Positions 1-13,300 of a DNA stretch of 64,000 nucleotides are shown here, piece after piece. Location of the stretch: positions 124,001 through 188,000 of the forward strand of contig CDRNST010000096.1 in the NCBI GenBank assembly GCA_977016875.1, written 5' to 3'. The DNA is from Pavona decussata (lineage: Eukaryota). The position numbers and the translations under genes were made by a program. The notes beneath the pieces were generated by a model. The model made no database searches and was not told the DNA's origin. It saw only the letters and a list, made by a program, of their open reading frames with translations. How positions within the stretch are numbered: position 1 is the stretch's first letter; each line of letters starts with the position of its first letter.

Positions 1-82
1 CTGAAATATATTTTTTAAACAGGAAAAAATAGAAAAAACAGTGACGGCCCCTCGTGGTTTGAAAAACACCCGAAATAAACAT

Positions 83-241
83 TGTCATGATTGTTATGTA
101 ATTATCCAGTTGTCAAAGGTAGTCCATTTAATTATCCAATCAATCATACCATTATATCAGGTTACAGCTTTGTACTTTAAAGGTTAAGACACGATAGAAT
201 AAATTCATTCTTCTGTCCAAACTTGTTGTCCGATCTTAACA
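83..241 (+). repeat. 5' LTR of a Gypsy-type retrotransposon (159 bp)
   Basis: Starts TGT and ends ACA, has an internal AATAAA near 198, and is followed immediately by a PBS and the gag ATG. Confidence 0.8.
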
Positions 242-259
242 TGGTGTCAGAAGTGGGAT
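242..259 (+). promoter_or_regulatory. Primer-binding site, tRNA-Leu type
   Basis: TGGTGTCAGAAGTGGGAT is complementary to the 3' end of tRNA-Leu(CAA) and abuts the LTR end. Confidence 0.85.
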
Positions 260-268
260 CTCTCTAAA

Positions 269-1274
269 ATGGATAAATTAGACCCTCCTGATCCACTCTC
301 CTTCGAAGGAAATGTACGAGAAAACTGGAGAAGGTGGAAACAAGAATTTCAGTTGTACCTAGTAGCAACTGAGAGTGATGGAAAATCCGACAAGATCAAG
401 TCATCTATTCTACTCACTTGTATTGGGAAAAGGGCGCGTGAAATTTACAACACCTTCACTTTCCCGAGTGACGAGGACAAGATGAAAGTCAGCTCGATCC
501 TAAGCAAATTCACAGCATACTGCAATCCTCGAAAGAACACAACCTTTCTACGTTATCAGTTCTTTTCCTACAACCAACAGGATGGACAGCCTTTTGATGA
601 TTTTGTTACCGAACTAAAAAAACGTGCTGAGGAATGTGCTTTTGCCAGTCTGAAAGACTCTCTGATTACTGACAGGATCGTGTGCGGAACGACTGACAAC
701 AAACTTCGTGAGCATTACCTACGAGAAACAGATCTCAAGTTGGAGAAGGCCATTCTACTTGGTCCCGCTGCTGAGGAATCGAGAAAACATGCTGAAGAGC
801 TTAAACATGCATCGAAACCCACTCCGGTCGACATAGTCGGCCAAGGGGCGATACCCAAGACAATCAAAGGCGCGACATCAGAGTACTTTGCTAACTGCAA
901 ATTTTGTGGTCGTGGACATAATCGTGGAAAGTGCCCAGCATATGGAAAGACATGCAACGAGTGTGGTGCTGCCAAACATTTCGCACAATGCTGCCCTAAC
1001 AAACCCCGTAGATTTAATCCGCAACAAGCAAGCAACAGGCCGATTCGTGAAGTCAATCGCCAGCCTGACATCACAGAGGATGAATGGGAGAATTTTGTCG
1101 GTGCGATAACTGTCGAAAGCCTAACGGAAGAGAAAGATGTCAACGAAACGACTCTACACTCAAACAATCCAGAGGATGAGGAACTCGAAGGGTCTGTCGT
1201 TTTGGAATCCAATGGAACTAACATTAACTATAAGCTTGACACTGGCAGTCAAGTTAATGTTCTTCCGAAAAAGG
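269..1274 (+). pseudogene. gag: Gypsy gag plus the start of the aspartic protease, 3'-truncated
   Basis: Gag-like N-terminus, two CCHC knuckles (CKFCGRGHNRGKC, CNECGAAKHFAQCC) and protease motif KLDTGSQVNVLP. Homology stops at 1274, where Sola TIR sequence resumes. Confidence 0.85.
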
Positions 1275-2677
1275 AACTTCGTTCTGTTCAATTCGCATCA
1301 AAGAAAACCCAGTTTTCTTCTTGAAAATTTACTTTTGAAGTGTTTATTAAGTATCTGAGTCCAAAAATACTTCAGTGGATGAATTTTCCTGGTCATGAGG
1401 AGCCACAAAAAAATCTCAAAAATTCGCTCCCTTCAAGTTCTGAATTTGGTGCACTTTTTTAATAGAAAATTTCGCGATCCGGTAAAATACTAAAACCCTT
1501 CAAATTTAGAATTATAGATTGAGGAAGTATCGCTCTAAAACCAGGTTTAAAAAATAGCTTCGGGCTTTTTACCAGCGCCGAGCATTAGCGGCCTCAAAAG
1601 CATGAAAATCGCAATATCAACGGGTAAACAAACTGCACATGACTGCAACCAGTATGAAGAGAAACTATTGAAATTTCATGTAGTTTACCTCGGCATTCGC
1701 CTTTAAACCACCAGTGAAAGGTCATGTTTTGCTAACTGCAATAAGGCATTGTCTAAATAAGATATTTGGTTGTGTGTGTATCCTTTCATTATTATATAGC
1801 CATCTTGATGTGTGAAGTCAACAAGAGAAATTATCATCGCTTATTGCGATGGAGCGACAATAAACTCAAATGACTTACCATCGGACCACTTCTTTTCGAC
1901 TTGAAGATCGTTTAAAATGGAGATGAGTTGGATTTTCTTTGAATTTCGAAACGATTTTTTTGTTTCGAGCTGTCGCTTCGAGATCCGTTCGCAGGATTTA
2001 CTTGAAGCGAAAGCGCTCGTGAATCAATTCGACTCTGTTTATGGCATAAGTCACGTAACAAAATGTCACGCTTTTTTTAATTCACGTGACGTTAGGTTTG
2101 ACTATGTTGGGTGAAAAACACACGGGAAACGTGTGTCCTGACATGCTGAAAACAAAAACAAAAAAAACAAATTAAAAACAATGAAATCTTTACCAAAGTG
2201 TGGACAGGACCGATGATTTATAGTCGAATGTTTTTATCATCTATACACGCCAAAAGGACTGAGCCACAAAGCAAGCCTTGCTAAAGTATGATACTCTGCA
2301 TTTTAACGAGGTAAAACCTAGGGGAACACTTTTCTTGTTAGAACCACTAACTATTAACGCCTTGGTTTTCGCCTTCATGCAAAAGTCACTACGGTCTCAT
2401 CCCTGACTGTTCTCTTGAGGATGGGACAAAACAATGTTATCAGCCAGAAAAAAATCACTCCTCACTGCTGACATGCGCATCCTTGACAAAAAATAAAAAA
2501 ATAATAAAAGGAAAAAAAAAAACTAGTACATTTCTTCGTTTCTTATTTTTTGTTATTATTATTGTCATTTGCTTCATATTTTATACTGTCAATCAATTTA
2601 GTTTAACGTAGTTCCGCTATTGCGCAAATATTTGTCTGCAGCTATGTAAGCCTATGTCCCAATGTAAATTTTCATTA

Positions 2678-2716
2678 TACCTGAAGAAGGCTGGGTTGGC
2701 CAGCCGAAATATAGTA
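2678..2716 (+). ncRNA. Minimal type I hammerhead-ribozyme-like motif, probably in a Penelope-like element end
   Basis: tac-CTGAAGA-A-GGCTGG(gttgg)CCAGCC-GAAA-TA-TA-gta: conserved core, 6-bp stem II, 3-bp stem I, palindromic ATAT in place of stem III. Confidence 0.6.
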
Positions 2717-2859
2717 ACCTTTAAACCGTAATTCTACGTTGTATCGGTCTCTGCTTCTTTTATCATTCTAGTTGGGATCTGAGCTATGCTGACATGTGAA
2801 GGAATATACCATGTTTACTGAATCGCGCACTTTGGTTTTCGGACAACCAAAACTGATAA

Positions 2860-3344
2860 CAGGGGCACCCAACGGATGGTTTTGGTAAATTATCTGTTCG
2901 GAAGGCCCTTAATCCCCTACAATTTTCTGAGGGGAATTTTCACCTCGAACTTTCGTGATATGGAAAATTTAAGGCCTATTGTTTTCGGATTGATAAAAAT
3001 GTCGTTTTGGGGAAAAAAGGTCAGCTAAGATTTTCGGAAAGGAAATAAGACCTAAGGTTTTCGAGAAATGGACAAAAATGCCCTAGTAATTTCGAAAAGA
3101 CTGAAGTTCCCTAGAATGACCGAACAGATAAAAATATTATAGCGCAGCCTAAAATGAACCTACAGAACTTTAAAGGCACTCCAGATAGCCTAAAAAACCA
3201 ACATTACCAAATTCCAATTCGACCTGGAAACAGTGGAGAGAAGAGCCACTCCGTGGATTCCACTGAATTTCCTATTTATTTATTTATTTTTATTTAAATA
3301 GCGTTTCAAAGGATCTAAGAGAAAACTGTCGTTGGGTGCCCCTG
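2860..3344. mobile_element. P-element-like MITE
   Basis: TIRs CAGGGGCACCCAACG / CGTTGGGTGCCCCTG with a perfect 7-bp TSD CTGATAA (2853-2859, 3345-3351). Confidence 0.85.
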
Positions 3345-3349
3345 CTGAT

Positions 3350-4560
3350 AACTCTTCAGGTCGCTCTAGGACGTCAACCCTTGCAGCATCTTGGTTGATA
3401 GAGCGCCGGTATGTGGGCCTCCCATGACGATGTAAAGATGTTTGCCTTTGCTTGCTTCACGGTCAATGCAAACTCCTCTTTAAGTTCGTTTAGCACATCA
3501 ACGGTGTGCTGCGACATCAGAATGTTTATCACTAGAGAGCTGGCGACGCAGCGTGTCTGGTGAACGTATTGCGCGGGACAGGGCGCTTGTCTCATTTGGT
3601 GTTATTTCTTGGCATGTACCTGACAGGAGCCACCCCTTCTCCACCATCAAAGTTCGTCCGTTCGCATTTTCCAATGAGCGTTTTAGCTGAGATCTAATAG
3701 GGCTGACGTCTGTAGATGCCAAGTATGAATTCAGTGCATCTATAGGCCTAAATGTAACTCCTGATGTAATATAATAAAGTTATTTTATGTTCTGAATCTG
3801 AACTGTGCAAAAGGACAAGCTTTTCACACCTAAATTTTAACTCTTACTATCATTTCACACATACCGTGTACTATGAGTAGAGCCCCCCCCCCCCCCTAAT
3901 CCCCTCGGGCTCGATCCAATGCTTGCAGTTTCTCGTACTTTTTTTGGTGTCGCCTCGGTAGCTTCCGCAATAGGCCTGCGGTCACGGCATATACCTATGC
4001 AAAAGATTGCTAAGCTCACTTATTGATTTATGTAGTGATTAGTTCAAAGTTCAAAACACCAGCGACGAAAAAGACAAATACTAGTCACGTTTGGGTTATA
4101 CTCCCACGCAGTCGCTTTTAGGGGAGCAGGTAATACGATGTCCCCTAAAATGACGACTGCGTGGGTCCAGGCTACGTTTGGATTGCACTGTTTCCAAACT
4201 AAATTGCCCCTTTTATTCGCAAATCAGTTACAGAGGAGGCCAGCGTATATGACAAAATTAAGGTGTACTCAGTACACCAGTTTCAAGTTGTCGCAATAAA
4301 GCTAAGGACTCCGACTTGCCTATCCCACGGTCTGCTTTTCTCACCTTGTCAGTAGTGAGAGCCCAGTTAAGAGAGCCCATGCGGATCTCGTCATTGGTTA
4401 GCACTGGCTCTGCACCGGCCAATTTCCCACTTAGATGGGATAGGTTAGACTTTCTCAAAGTCCGTTTTTGTGGGAGTCCAGTCAGGCGCTCAGCTCATGA
4501 CTCCGTCGCCTTGTTGGTCACTCTTTCGGTGCATAAGAAGACGACTTGTGGCAAGTCTAT
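3350..4560 (-). pseudogene. Sola3-like transposase fragments
   Basis: Minus-strand peptides KADRGIGKSESLALLRQ, VSPIRSQLKRSLENANGRT and KQAKANI..WEAHI..SINQDAARVDVLE, with frameshifts, inside the long-TIR element. Confidence 0.55.
4100..4175. repeat. Short palindromic MITE remnant
   Basis: cccacgcagtcgcttttagggga ... tcccctaaaatgacgactgcgtggg inverted repeat. Confidence 0.55.
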
Positions 4561-6945
4561 AATGGTCTACACAGAAATGTAGTCGAAGAAAGAATCACGC
4601 GCGCGCTAAGATAAGCTCAACTTCAGAGTAAACATCACTTATTCGAACATTGCTAGTGTTGTCCCGAAACGTGTTTGTCCTGAGAAATTTCACGAGGTAT
4701 GCATTAAAGGGCCCTAGCCAGCCACGCCTATATATGTTTATATGCAAGAGTTTGGCTATTATATTTTATTCAGAGCATATCGAAATGAACGAAATCACTG
4801 TGAAACTACTAAAGATAATGACACATACTTTCAGGAACACAAAGCAATAAGATTTTGCTTCACCATGCAATATCAATGGAAAATCTCCAGATTCCCGGAA
4901 CAATTTTGGCTTTCTCCCGAAACAGCATTTGTAGAGTTGTCACCCCCCGTGAAAATAGCGGAGGCTGACTAGGGTCCTTTAAGTTTATTGTTGTCTTAAC
5001 GGTTTTGCACTAGACTTGCCCCAACGAAAGATTTGAACGGTTTACTAAAACACTTTTTTTCTGCTTGACCACCTTGTCAGATAATTGAACTGGCATTCGC
5101 AAATCTCACAAGCTGATTTCACCCAGTCACGATCGAAATGGCCGTTAGAATGATTGCAATCATCAGAAAATTCTTTAAACGCGGCGTAAATACAAAAAAC
5201 TACAAGTGTTTTATAATATAGAAATTTTGTATATTTGGTAATTCTTTCAATCAGAACAACGGCGGTGTTTATAAGAACACAACAGATCATTGTAACTAAA
5301 ATAAACACATTTAAAAAAACAAGTGCTACAGATCAGAGAAAATTAACGATTAAACAGAAAACTGAACTTTTTTAAAGATCTTGTTAACGAAGAATTGATG
5401 CACCCAACCCTTTTTCAGGTGCTGTTATCATCAGCGATCACGGAACTCTTTATCTGTCTGTATATCTTTTATCTTGTTTATAGCTGTTATTTATGTTGGC
5501 AAACCGACACATGCAAAAAGAACGCACGTCATTCTGGTTGAAAAAACTGAAAAAGTTCTCGTTAATTCAAAATTTTCTTATATCACCTTCTACCGGTATC
5601 TGTTCAATTTCCTCTCGTTAAAACATCATTCAAGTAATTATCTTTGCTGAATAAACCATTCACGCACACGCCATGACCGTCGTGAAATAAACAACCTGAA
5701 TCGATCACTCAGTGTTCACGGAGAAATTCAAAAGCCGCGTTAATGCGTGAACAGTCACGTTTGCATGTTCAAATAACTTTAAAGGAACTAGTTTCAGGCG
5801 CCCTGATGTTTGGAATTTTTTTTTTTTTCGTTTTTGGCCGTATGTAAGAAAAACCAATCACTCCGAAGGAAGCCGTTGCGTGACCGAAACAAGTACAGTC
5901 AAAAACAGTCGAAGACGGAAGATTATAAAGTCCGGCGGTTTCTGAGATGACTGTGGAGAACTTTAAAATTAGATATTTCTGTTAATATTTACTATGAGCC
6001 GACAGGGTTTTGTTACCGTCAAAGGATTTTTGCCCCTTCAATTGGCATTTGCCAAGTGACGTGAATGCGATAGCAGAAGTCATTGGTCACTTAAGGAGAT
6101 CAATTATCAACCCTTCAAGCTATGATGGCTTTGTGTGGTACACTAAGCCAAGAAACTGATACTTAGATGACATCTTATTCAAGGTGAGCTAAATATGAGC
6201 TTTCTGTTGTTTGGTTCATCGTAATATTGAGGGAAACAAGAAAAAAAAAAAACAAAAGTCTTAGTTGATTTTGACAGAAACAACATGTGTATCGCTTACA
6301 GTTCTTGACAGATAATGTTGCAATTATCGGGATTTTGAGAGCGTTAGTTCTCAGCGCTGATAGAAAGCCCGAAACTGATTTTTAAACCTGGTTTTAGAAC
6401 GGCATTTCGTCAATCAAGAATTCTAAATTTCAAGTGATTTGGTGTTTTACCGGGTAGGGAAACTCTCTCCTGAAAAAGTGCGCCAAATTGAGAATTTCGA
6501 CTGAGCCAATTTTAGTAACTTTCGGTACCTTCCCCACGACCCTCAAAACTAAAGCAGAGATCTATTATTGGCCTCAAACGATTCGTAAACACTTCAACTG
6601 CACATTTCCAAGCTTAAAATGAGTTTTTTGTCGATGCGAATTAAACAGAGCGAAGTTGAGAGAAGGTATGGGACACGTCTACTTTGGGTGCTTTTATAGA
6701 CACTAATGGGCCCGAACAGATTTTATTCAATTTTTCTGGGTTAGAAAAAGAATTCCGAGAAATCAAAACCACCACATTACTAGAACTACCATAGGGTATC
6801 CTTAGTCAATTTGTGACGGACTTTCACTTTTTATCATGTGCCACCCCTCGCTCGGTGTTAGTAGACATTCCCTCTAAAGTCCCAGCGCCGTTCTTTGCTT
6901 ACTGGCGGTTTTTTTCGGGTAACGTTAGTCCTTTGTTAATTAATT

Positions 6946-7097
6946 GTTGTTGTCATTATCCATTCAATGTTTTTCTTCTATATTTATATATTTATACTTT
7001 TTATTTTTTTTTTTATTTTTTATTTTATTTTGTCATCCGCATTTTCCCATCCGCATCCGCCATCCGCAGCCATCTGGTCCGCGTTTTACAGATACCC
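6946..7097 (+). repeat. Dispersed repeat (transposon end fragment); inverted copy at 32585-32755
   Basis: tgtcatccgcattttcccatccgc...ccgcgttttacagataccc matches the reverse complement of gggtatctgtaaaacgcgga...gggaaaatgcggatgaca. Confidence 0.75.
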
Positions 7098-7390
7098 GGT
7101 TTGACAGCCCCATTAACTGTTGGGGGAAAATTTCCTGTCTCCGCAAAATAGACTGCGAAAAATATGGTTTGCTAGAAGGAGTGTGTTTGTTTGTGAGACA
7201 CCTCCAGGACGAAAAGCAAAAGAAAGGGTCTCTGTGCTGCTTCCCAAAGCGTTCAAATCTTACGTTTCACCAAGAAAGGTAATTAAAACCCGGGTACTTG
7301 AATTTCCCTCAAAGTTTTCGTTGTTAAAGGTATTAAAGAGTGAGCAATTCGACTTGAGAAGCCTTTTGTTGGTCTTATTACTATTATTAG

Positions 7391-9279
7391 CGACAACGCT
7401 CCTGTAAAGGAAATGAAGCTGAACCTAGTGCAAAGATTGCCCCAGAGACTTCACCAGACTGGGAAGAACTAGTAAAAAAGTTAAGTGAATTGGAAAAGGA
7501 AAACCAAGAACTGAGAGAAAATAATTCACACCTTAATAACCAAATCAAAGAGGTGTTTTTAATAACATTGAATTTTGTCTTTTTAACATGTTTTATTTTC
7601 AAGTCAAGTTTGCATTTGCAACAGTTGAAATTCAAGCGGCAACTTACTTATTGAAAATGGTGTAACAACAAAAACTGAGTTTTCATTTGTAGTTACAGCA
7701 TTTTCTTGTCATACGAAAAAGGTTTACTTGGTAAAAATACACATAAAGAAAAGTAATAAATAACATGACAATGGATGCCCCCAACATTTCCAGATATGAA
7801 ACAGGAGAACATCGGCCTTCAAAAGAACATTGATGAGCTCAAAGCTGCCAAAAAACGCTAACTGAGAAAATCATGGCTATCAGTAAGTTAACATTGCCTC
7901 AAGCATATGTTTTGCTTTACAAAGCAGTATTGTACTGATACATAATTAAATTACTTTTACTGACATTATTTTATTATAAATACACAAAGACAACACAAAG
8001 ACTAAATAAAATTAATAAGAAGTTGAACTTTCCCCTTCCACAAATCTTAAAACAACCGCTTGGTCAAGGTAACATGAAAAACATTGTGCTACAGTGACAC
8101 CGGCACCTTGAAAATTAAATTTATTATATATGAATCGCTCCATTTAATTATGGTTCTACACATAAGTTACTCTCAGCATTTTCAAGTTACATGCTTAATA
8201 GTAGAAACTCATGCCAATAAGACATCAATAATAATTTTCACCTGCATTTAGTGAATTGGTGCACAACTTCCATAAGGCGTTTACTATACATTATTCAAAG
8301 GGAGACCATCTCCTGTACAGCCCTAAAGTAATGGAGGAATTTGCGAAAAGAACACGCCGAGATTTACAGTGCCATCCTCAATGAGTCCAAAGAAAAGCCA
8401 ACAGCAAAACGGGAGGAGCTACATAGAGTTAGAACTGTGGCAATAATGCAGAGTCTGAGTTTTATCAAAATCAGGTGTTTCTCCTTCTACAGATACAAGG
8501 AAATTAAGAGTTCACAAGCTTATTGTACATACAAGCAACATCATGTTTAAAAAGCAAAAAATCTCTTCACATTTCCAGTAGCTTCAGCTATTACAATGAA
8601 AACGAGTGAAAAAAATCCTGAGATGAGATATACAATTAAGTTTATTATTCAAAAGTGGAAAGAGGGGGTGGGTGCTTTTGAATGAGGTCAAGCATTCTAT
8701 AATAGTATTATAATAATAATTATAATATTACATGGAAAAGAAAGAGCTTTTTCCTACTTCTTTCTTTAACATGGGCTTTTTCAATCAAGGAAATCATGGT
8801 ATATTGCATCACATCCCTTGAGTTAAGAACCAGTCAGACTATTTAGACTTTGATATCCTGTGGTGAGTATATTATGACAAGTTTTAAAACTGTTCTTGGA
8901 AAAAGCAGTTCTTACTCCTGATTAAAGATGATATCCACTTCATCTACGCGATTCTCCAGCTCACAAGAAGCCAAACAAGTACTGCCTGGCATATGTGCAC
9001 AGATTTATTGGATGTACAGGAAAAAATGCCAGCATTATCCACGCCATCTGACTTGCCTAACTCGACAGAAGGGTTCCAGTCACCATGAAGAGTGGTGTGG
9101 TAAGGCAATACAGAGGAGGAGCAGATGTTCAATCAGTCCTGCAGTACTTTGATTTTACATTACGAGAGTTCTTTGCTTCAAGTTATTTAGGCACCCTGCC
9201 CACAGAGCACAGAAGAGTGGATATTAGCAACATGTGGCAAAGCTGTGAAAACCTAAGGTTGGAAACGAAAAACTGTTAA
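7391..9279 (+). pseudogene. Degenerate spliced gene of unknown, probably transposon-borne, type; coiled-coil exons then DDIHFIY..TAWHMCTDLL
   Basis: AG/GT-bounded segments at ~7391-7552, ~7794-7882, ~8290-8474 and 8928-9270 contain frameshifts. A further coding-like piece (..ELKDYLRHFLAILSGDFP) lies at 20220-20400, beyond the LTR element. Confidence 0.3.
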
Positions 9280-10015
9280 TGAAGTTGTTTTCTTAGCAAC
9301 CATTAAAATACGATGGACTTAATAAATTAGATCTTGATAAATTCAATCTTGACAAAAATGAATGCAAAGAAACAAGTTCAAAATTTAAATTAAAATAATG
9401 GCCAAAAAACTCAATTTATTTTTGGAATATAATTTTGATTTTGTTTTATCACCCATCAAGAATTGAAACTGTTACTCCCTTCCATCCTTGCAATTCTGTC
9501 CACACTCTTTCCTTAAATCACAGTACATCTAACCTTGTTCTTTTCCTACTTTGCTTACAGGAATTTTTTTTTACCAAATTTAATTGGGTGGCTTTTGGCT
9601 GTATAAAATGAAGATTATGTTTTGGCTGAACAGTATCTCTCAAACTGAGGGGGACGGGCTGCACATGGGAATATGACCAAACATTTGAGATCCAAAAGCA
9701 CTCCAACAGCACCAAATACAAATGCAAACCTGACCTAACACAGACAAATATTTTATCTGGCCACTTGAAAACAAAATTATGAAATGGTGTTATACAAATT
9801 ATTTTGCATTGTAATGCCTGTCATATAAAAGAATCTCTAAGTCTGCAATGTTATTATCAGTACAAATTCAAACCTGTTCATATCCTACGAAGCTCAGGAA
9901 CATTGTCAAAACCTTTCCAGACCCTTAAAAATAATTTTAAATCATATTCCAAGGACACTTGCGCACTTTTGAAAACTTCAACTCCTAGAACACATCTGTA
10001 AACTAATTCCCAGAG

Positions 10016-10186
10016 CGCCAGTACCGGTCAGCGGTACATTAGTTATAGACAGGGGCAGTAGCGTCTCTGGCTCAGCCCTCGTGTTCTTGTGTGTATCAAC
10101 TCTTTCTGTGATCGCTCAGGCTTATTAAAGGTTCCAGTTGCATAACAAATCGTGTCATCAATTTACCTCTGCTCTATTCACTGGCG
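10016..10186 (+). repeat. 5' LTR (171 bp)
   Basis: Direct repeat of 19439-20171 once the MITE is removed. 7-bp terminal inverted repeat CGCCAGT/ACTGGCG and an ATTAAA signal. Confidence 0.9.
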
Positions 10187-10197
10187 TGGTGGCAGCG
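10187..10197 (+). promoter_or_regulatory. Primer-binding site, tRNA-Leu(AAG/TAG) type
   Basis: TGGTGGCAGCG directly after the 5' LTR. Confidence 0.75.
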
Positions 10198-10340
10198 TCC
10201 TCGAACTTACGCCAAGAAATCGGCACATTACACGCTAATTTCAAGGAAAAGCTACTCACTTCACACAGGTACGTCGATACTTCGAACATTCTCGTCGTTC
10301 AAGCACGATTTCATCGTAAAACCAATACGCAACAACATTC

Positions 10341-13300
10341 ATGGGAACCACAGCACGGGCTCTGAAACAATGGAGCCTCTCAAAGAACAAGACAATCAAC
10401 AGCTTCGAGAATTGGCGGCAGAATCTGGTTTATACTCTGTTGCTCGACACTAACTTCGCTCCATTTCTTGCCAATGGCGCCACTTGGGAAAAAAAGACTA
10501 GGGCCAGCCCTTACGCGGCTTCACTGATGACGGAGAAACAGTACCGCTATCCCGACGTAAAACAGCTTGACAGAAAGTTAATTTTTTGGAACTAATGCTC
10601 AGGCAGATAGCCAGCTATTGCCCCGTTACATCGGGAAACACCTTGCTAAAGAATTCAACTTCCATTCAGTCTCTTTGGAACATGATATGCTAGCATTTTG
10701 GCTTCCAAATCACAGGAGCCCACTCCCTGGATTTTGCAAACCTACATCTGGAAGCCGACGAATGCCCTCAAGACCTCTTCCAGAGAGTAATGGCCTTTGT
10801 AGAGGGCACCCTACTCCATGCTAACAGCCTTTCCCACCATGATGACGTTACCACTGAGGATGAGGAGCTAACTCCTACACTGGAGAATTTTATCGTACTG
10901 ACCATGCTCAGACTAATTAACCCTGAGTTGCCCAAGCCAGTGAAACAACGATACGGCACCGAATTACAATCACGAACTCTAGCATCCATAAAGCCAGAAA
11001 TATCTCAGGCACTCACCTTCCTACTCGATGAGATACGCACCGCCAACGACGCTAAGATCACGCACACCGCTGTTAATAATAATAATAATAATAACATTGT
11101 AATAATATAGTATTGAAATGATGATTAGTGGTTAGTGGTTATCGCAAACCCATTGGCAACAGATCCCAGTACAAGGAGAGCACACGACCTAACCGTTTCT
11201 CCAGGTCCTGCCCGCTATGTAAACAGGCTAACCGGCCTGAGATCGGCCATTTCCTTAGCGAATACAGTGTCCTTCCAGAACAGGATCATAGGTACATAGC
11301 TAAGGCCAGACAAATCGCTGACATCTTTGATGACCCGCCGATCCTGAAACCAGACCCCATGCAGACGAGCCAGGCAGCAACACTGATGACCCTGGTCCTG
11401 GTCCCTGCACTCATGTCTTCCGCATACAGACCCGCCAGTCACCATACCTTGATACGTTCCATGCACACCACCCAGCGTGCATAACCATTGACAGTGGCGC
11501 CACAGAGAACATGATCCGTCACACCGTTGTCCAGCGTCTCAGTTGCCACGTAATGCCCAGTTCTCAATCCAACCACCAAGCAGATGGCTCTTCTCCCTTG
11601 CACACGGTTGGTGAAGACTGGACATTTACCTTTGAAGGCCTCGTCGTTTAAAATCTCGACGTATATGTACTGGCAGGGACCCCCTTCATGGAAACTAATG
11701 ACATTGCAGTACGCCCAGCCAAGGGACAAGTAATCCTTGGAGACGGCTCCATCCACCACTACGGGTCGCACCAAGCTGCAGCAGTCAGCTCTGCGGCACA
11801 TCGTCCCGTGGTACTATTTCCCCTCCCTCGCCAACAACTATCTGGCCTGGAGAATTCCTTGAAGTAGACTTACAGAGTGATGCACCTCACGACTCAAAAC
11901 AAACTGACACGCCCAGCATAAGACAGCTATCAGCTTCCCAAATGTGGCCAACCCCGGCTATCATCTCCAGCGTCGCAGGAAAGATACGCATTCCCAATCT
12001 GTCTCCCTAGCCACATTTCCTCAAGAGAAATGAGCACTTCTGTCAGGTATGTGCCGTGTACGCACCAGAAGCCTGAAACGACAACCCACAACTGCAAGCC
12101 GCGCCAGAACACAGGCCACCTGTACTTCAGACCGGCACGAAACACTCTGCAAACGTTTGTCTTCACCCAGACAACTTACTTCCTCGCCATATCAGAGCCA
12201 AATTTACCTCACTCCTGGATGAGTATGACCACGTCTTCGACCCAAACTTCAAAGGTTACAATGGCGCAGCAGGTACATTTGAAGCCAGGGTAAACATGGG
12301 TCCTGTGGAACCTCCCCAATGGAGTTACAAGAGAAGTTCAATGCACTAGAAACATTGGGCGTCTTTAGACGCCCCAAAGACATCAACAATGCAGTATCTA
12401 TACCCATCCTTCCTCATCAAGAAAGTTAACGGTGGTCACTGCCTACTCACCGCATTTGCTGACGTTGGTCGTTACAGCAAGCCTCAGCCTTCTCTTATGT
12501 CAGATGTCGACTCCACCCTACGTCTTATTGCCCAGTGGAAACACATCGTCGCGACAGACCTAGCCAGCGCATTCTACCAGATTCCACTTTCAGGTGACTC
12601 TATGAAATATTGTGGTGTTGCCACACCATTCTGGGGAGTGCGTGTGTATGCGTGGTCTGCCATGGGCATGCCAGGGTCAGAGACAGCCCTCGAAGAGCTC
12701 ATGAGCCAAGTGCTCGGTGACCTGTTAGAGGAGGGCATCGTCGCTAAAATTGCTGATGACCTGTACTGCGGAGGCGACTCCCCTGAAGAACTCCTGCAGA
12801 ACTGGACGAAAGTCTTACAAGCCCTCCAAAAATGTGATCTTCACCTTTTCGCATCAAAGACCACCGTCAACCCACAATCCACAGCAATACTAGGCTGGAT
12901 TTAGAACTGTGGCACCTTAAGTGCCAGCCCACACCTCATCGATACCATTGCCTCATGCTCTGCACCCGACACCGTAGCCCGGATGCGGTCCTTCATTGGA
13001 GCTTCCAAGGTGCTCTCCCGCATCATTCCTGGATGCTCTACACTCCTCACTAAACCTGACAACACTGTCGCTGGCCGCGAATCTAACGAAATGATCCAGT
13101 GGACAGATGACCTCAGAACGTCTTTCCGCAATGCCCAGGCAGCCCTGTCCACTACCCACACTATCTCGCTCCTGAAACCTGGCAAACAACTGTGGATCGT
13201 GACAGACGGCGCTGTCCAGAAACCTGAAATAGGCACCACCTCACATGTCACCCGTAATGGCAAACTGCACTTAACTGGATTTTTCAGCGCCAAACTACGC

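Larger units (their letters stand above)
1..6874 (-). mobile_element. Internally deleted Sola3-type DNA transposon with long imperfect TIRs (left end lies upstream of the window)
   Basis: 1-82 and 1275-~1620 align with the reverse complement of ~6320-6760 (aacttcgttctgttcaattcgcatc at 1275 vs gatgcgaattaaacagagcgaagtt ending 6657). The right end gacattccCTC|taaa at 6874 resembles the gacattctCTC|TTAA ends of the two other Sola3 copies. Minus-strand transposase remnants lie at 3350-3720 and 4260-4560. Confidence 0.7.

Noticed and set aside
715-1224. 169-aa minus-strand ORF, and similar antisense ORFs over pol and the transposases
   Set aside because: Antisense shadows of real coding sequence with no recognisable motifs.
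1275-6657. Stand-alone TIR element inserted into the Gypsy protease
   Set aside because: TIR homology continues on the far side of the Gypsy LTR (1-82) and out to 6874, there is no TSD, and Gypsy sequence does not resume.
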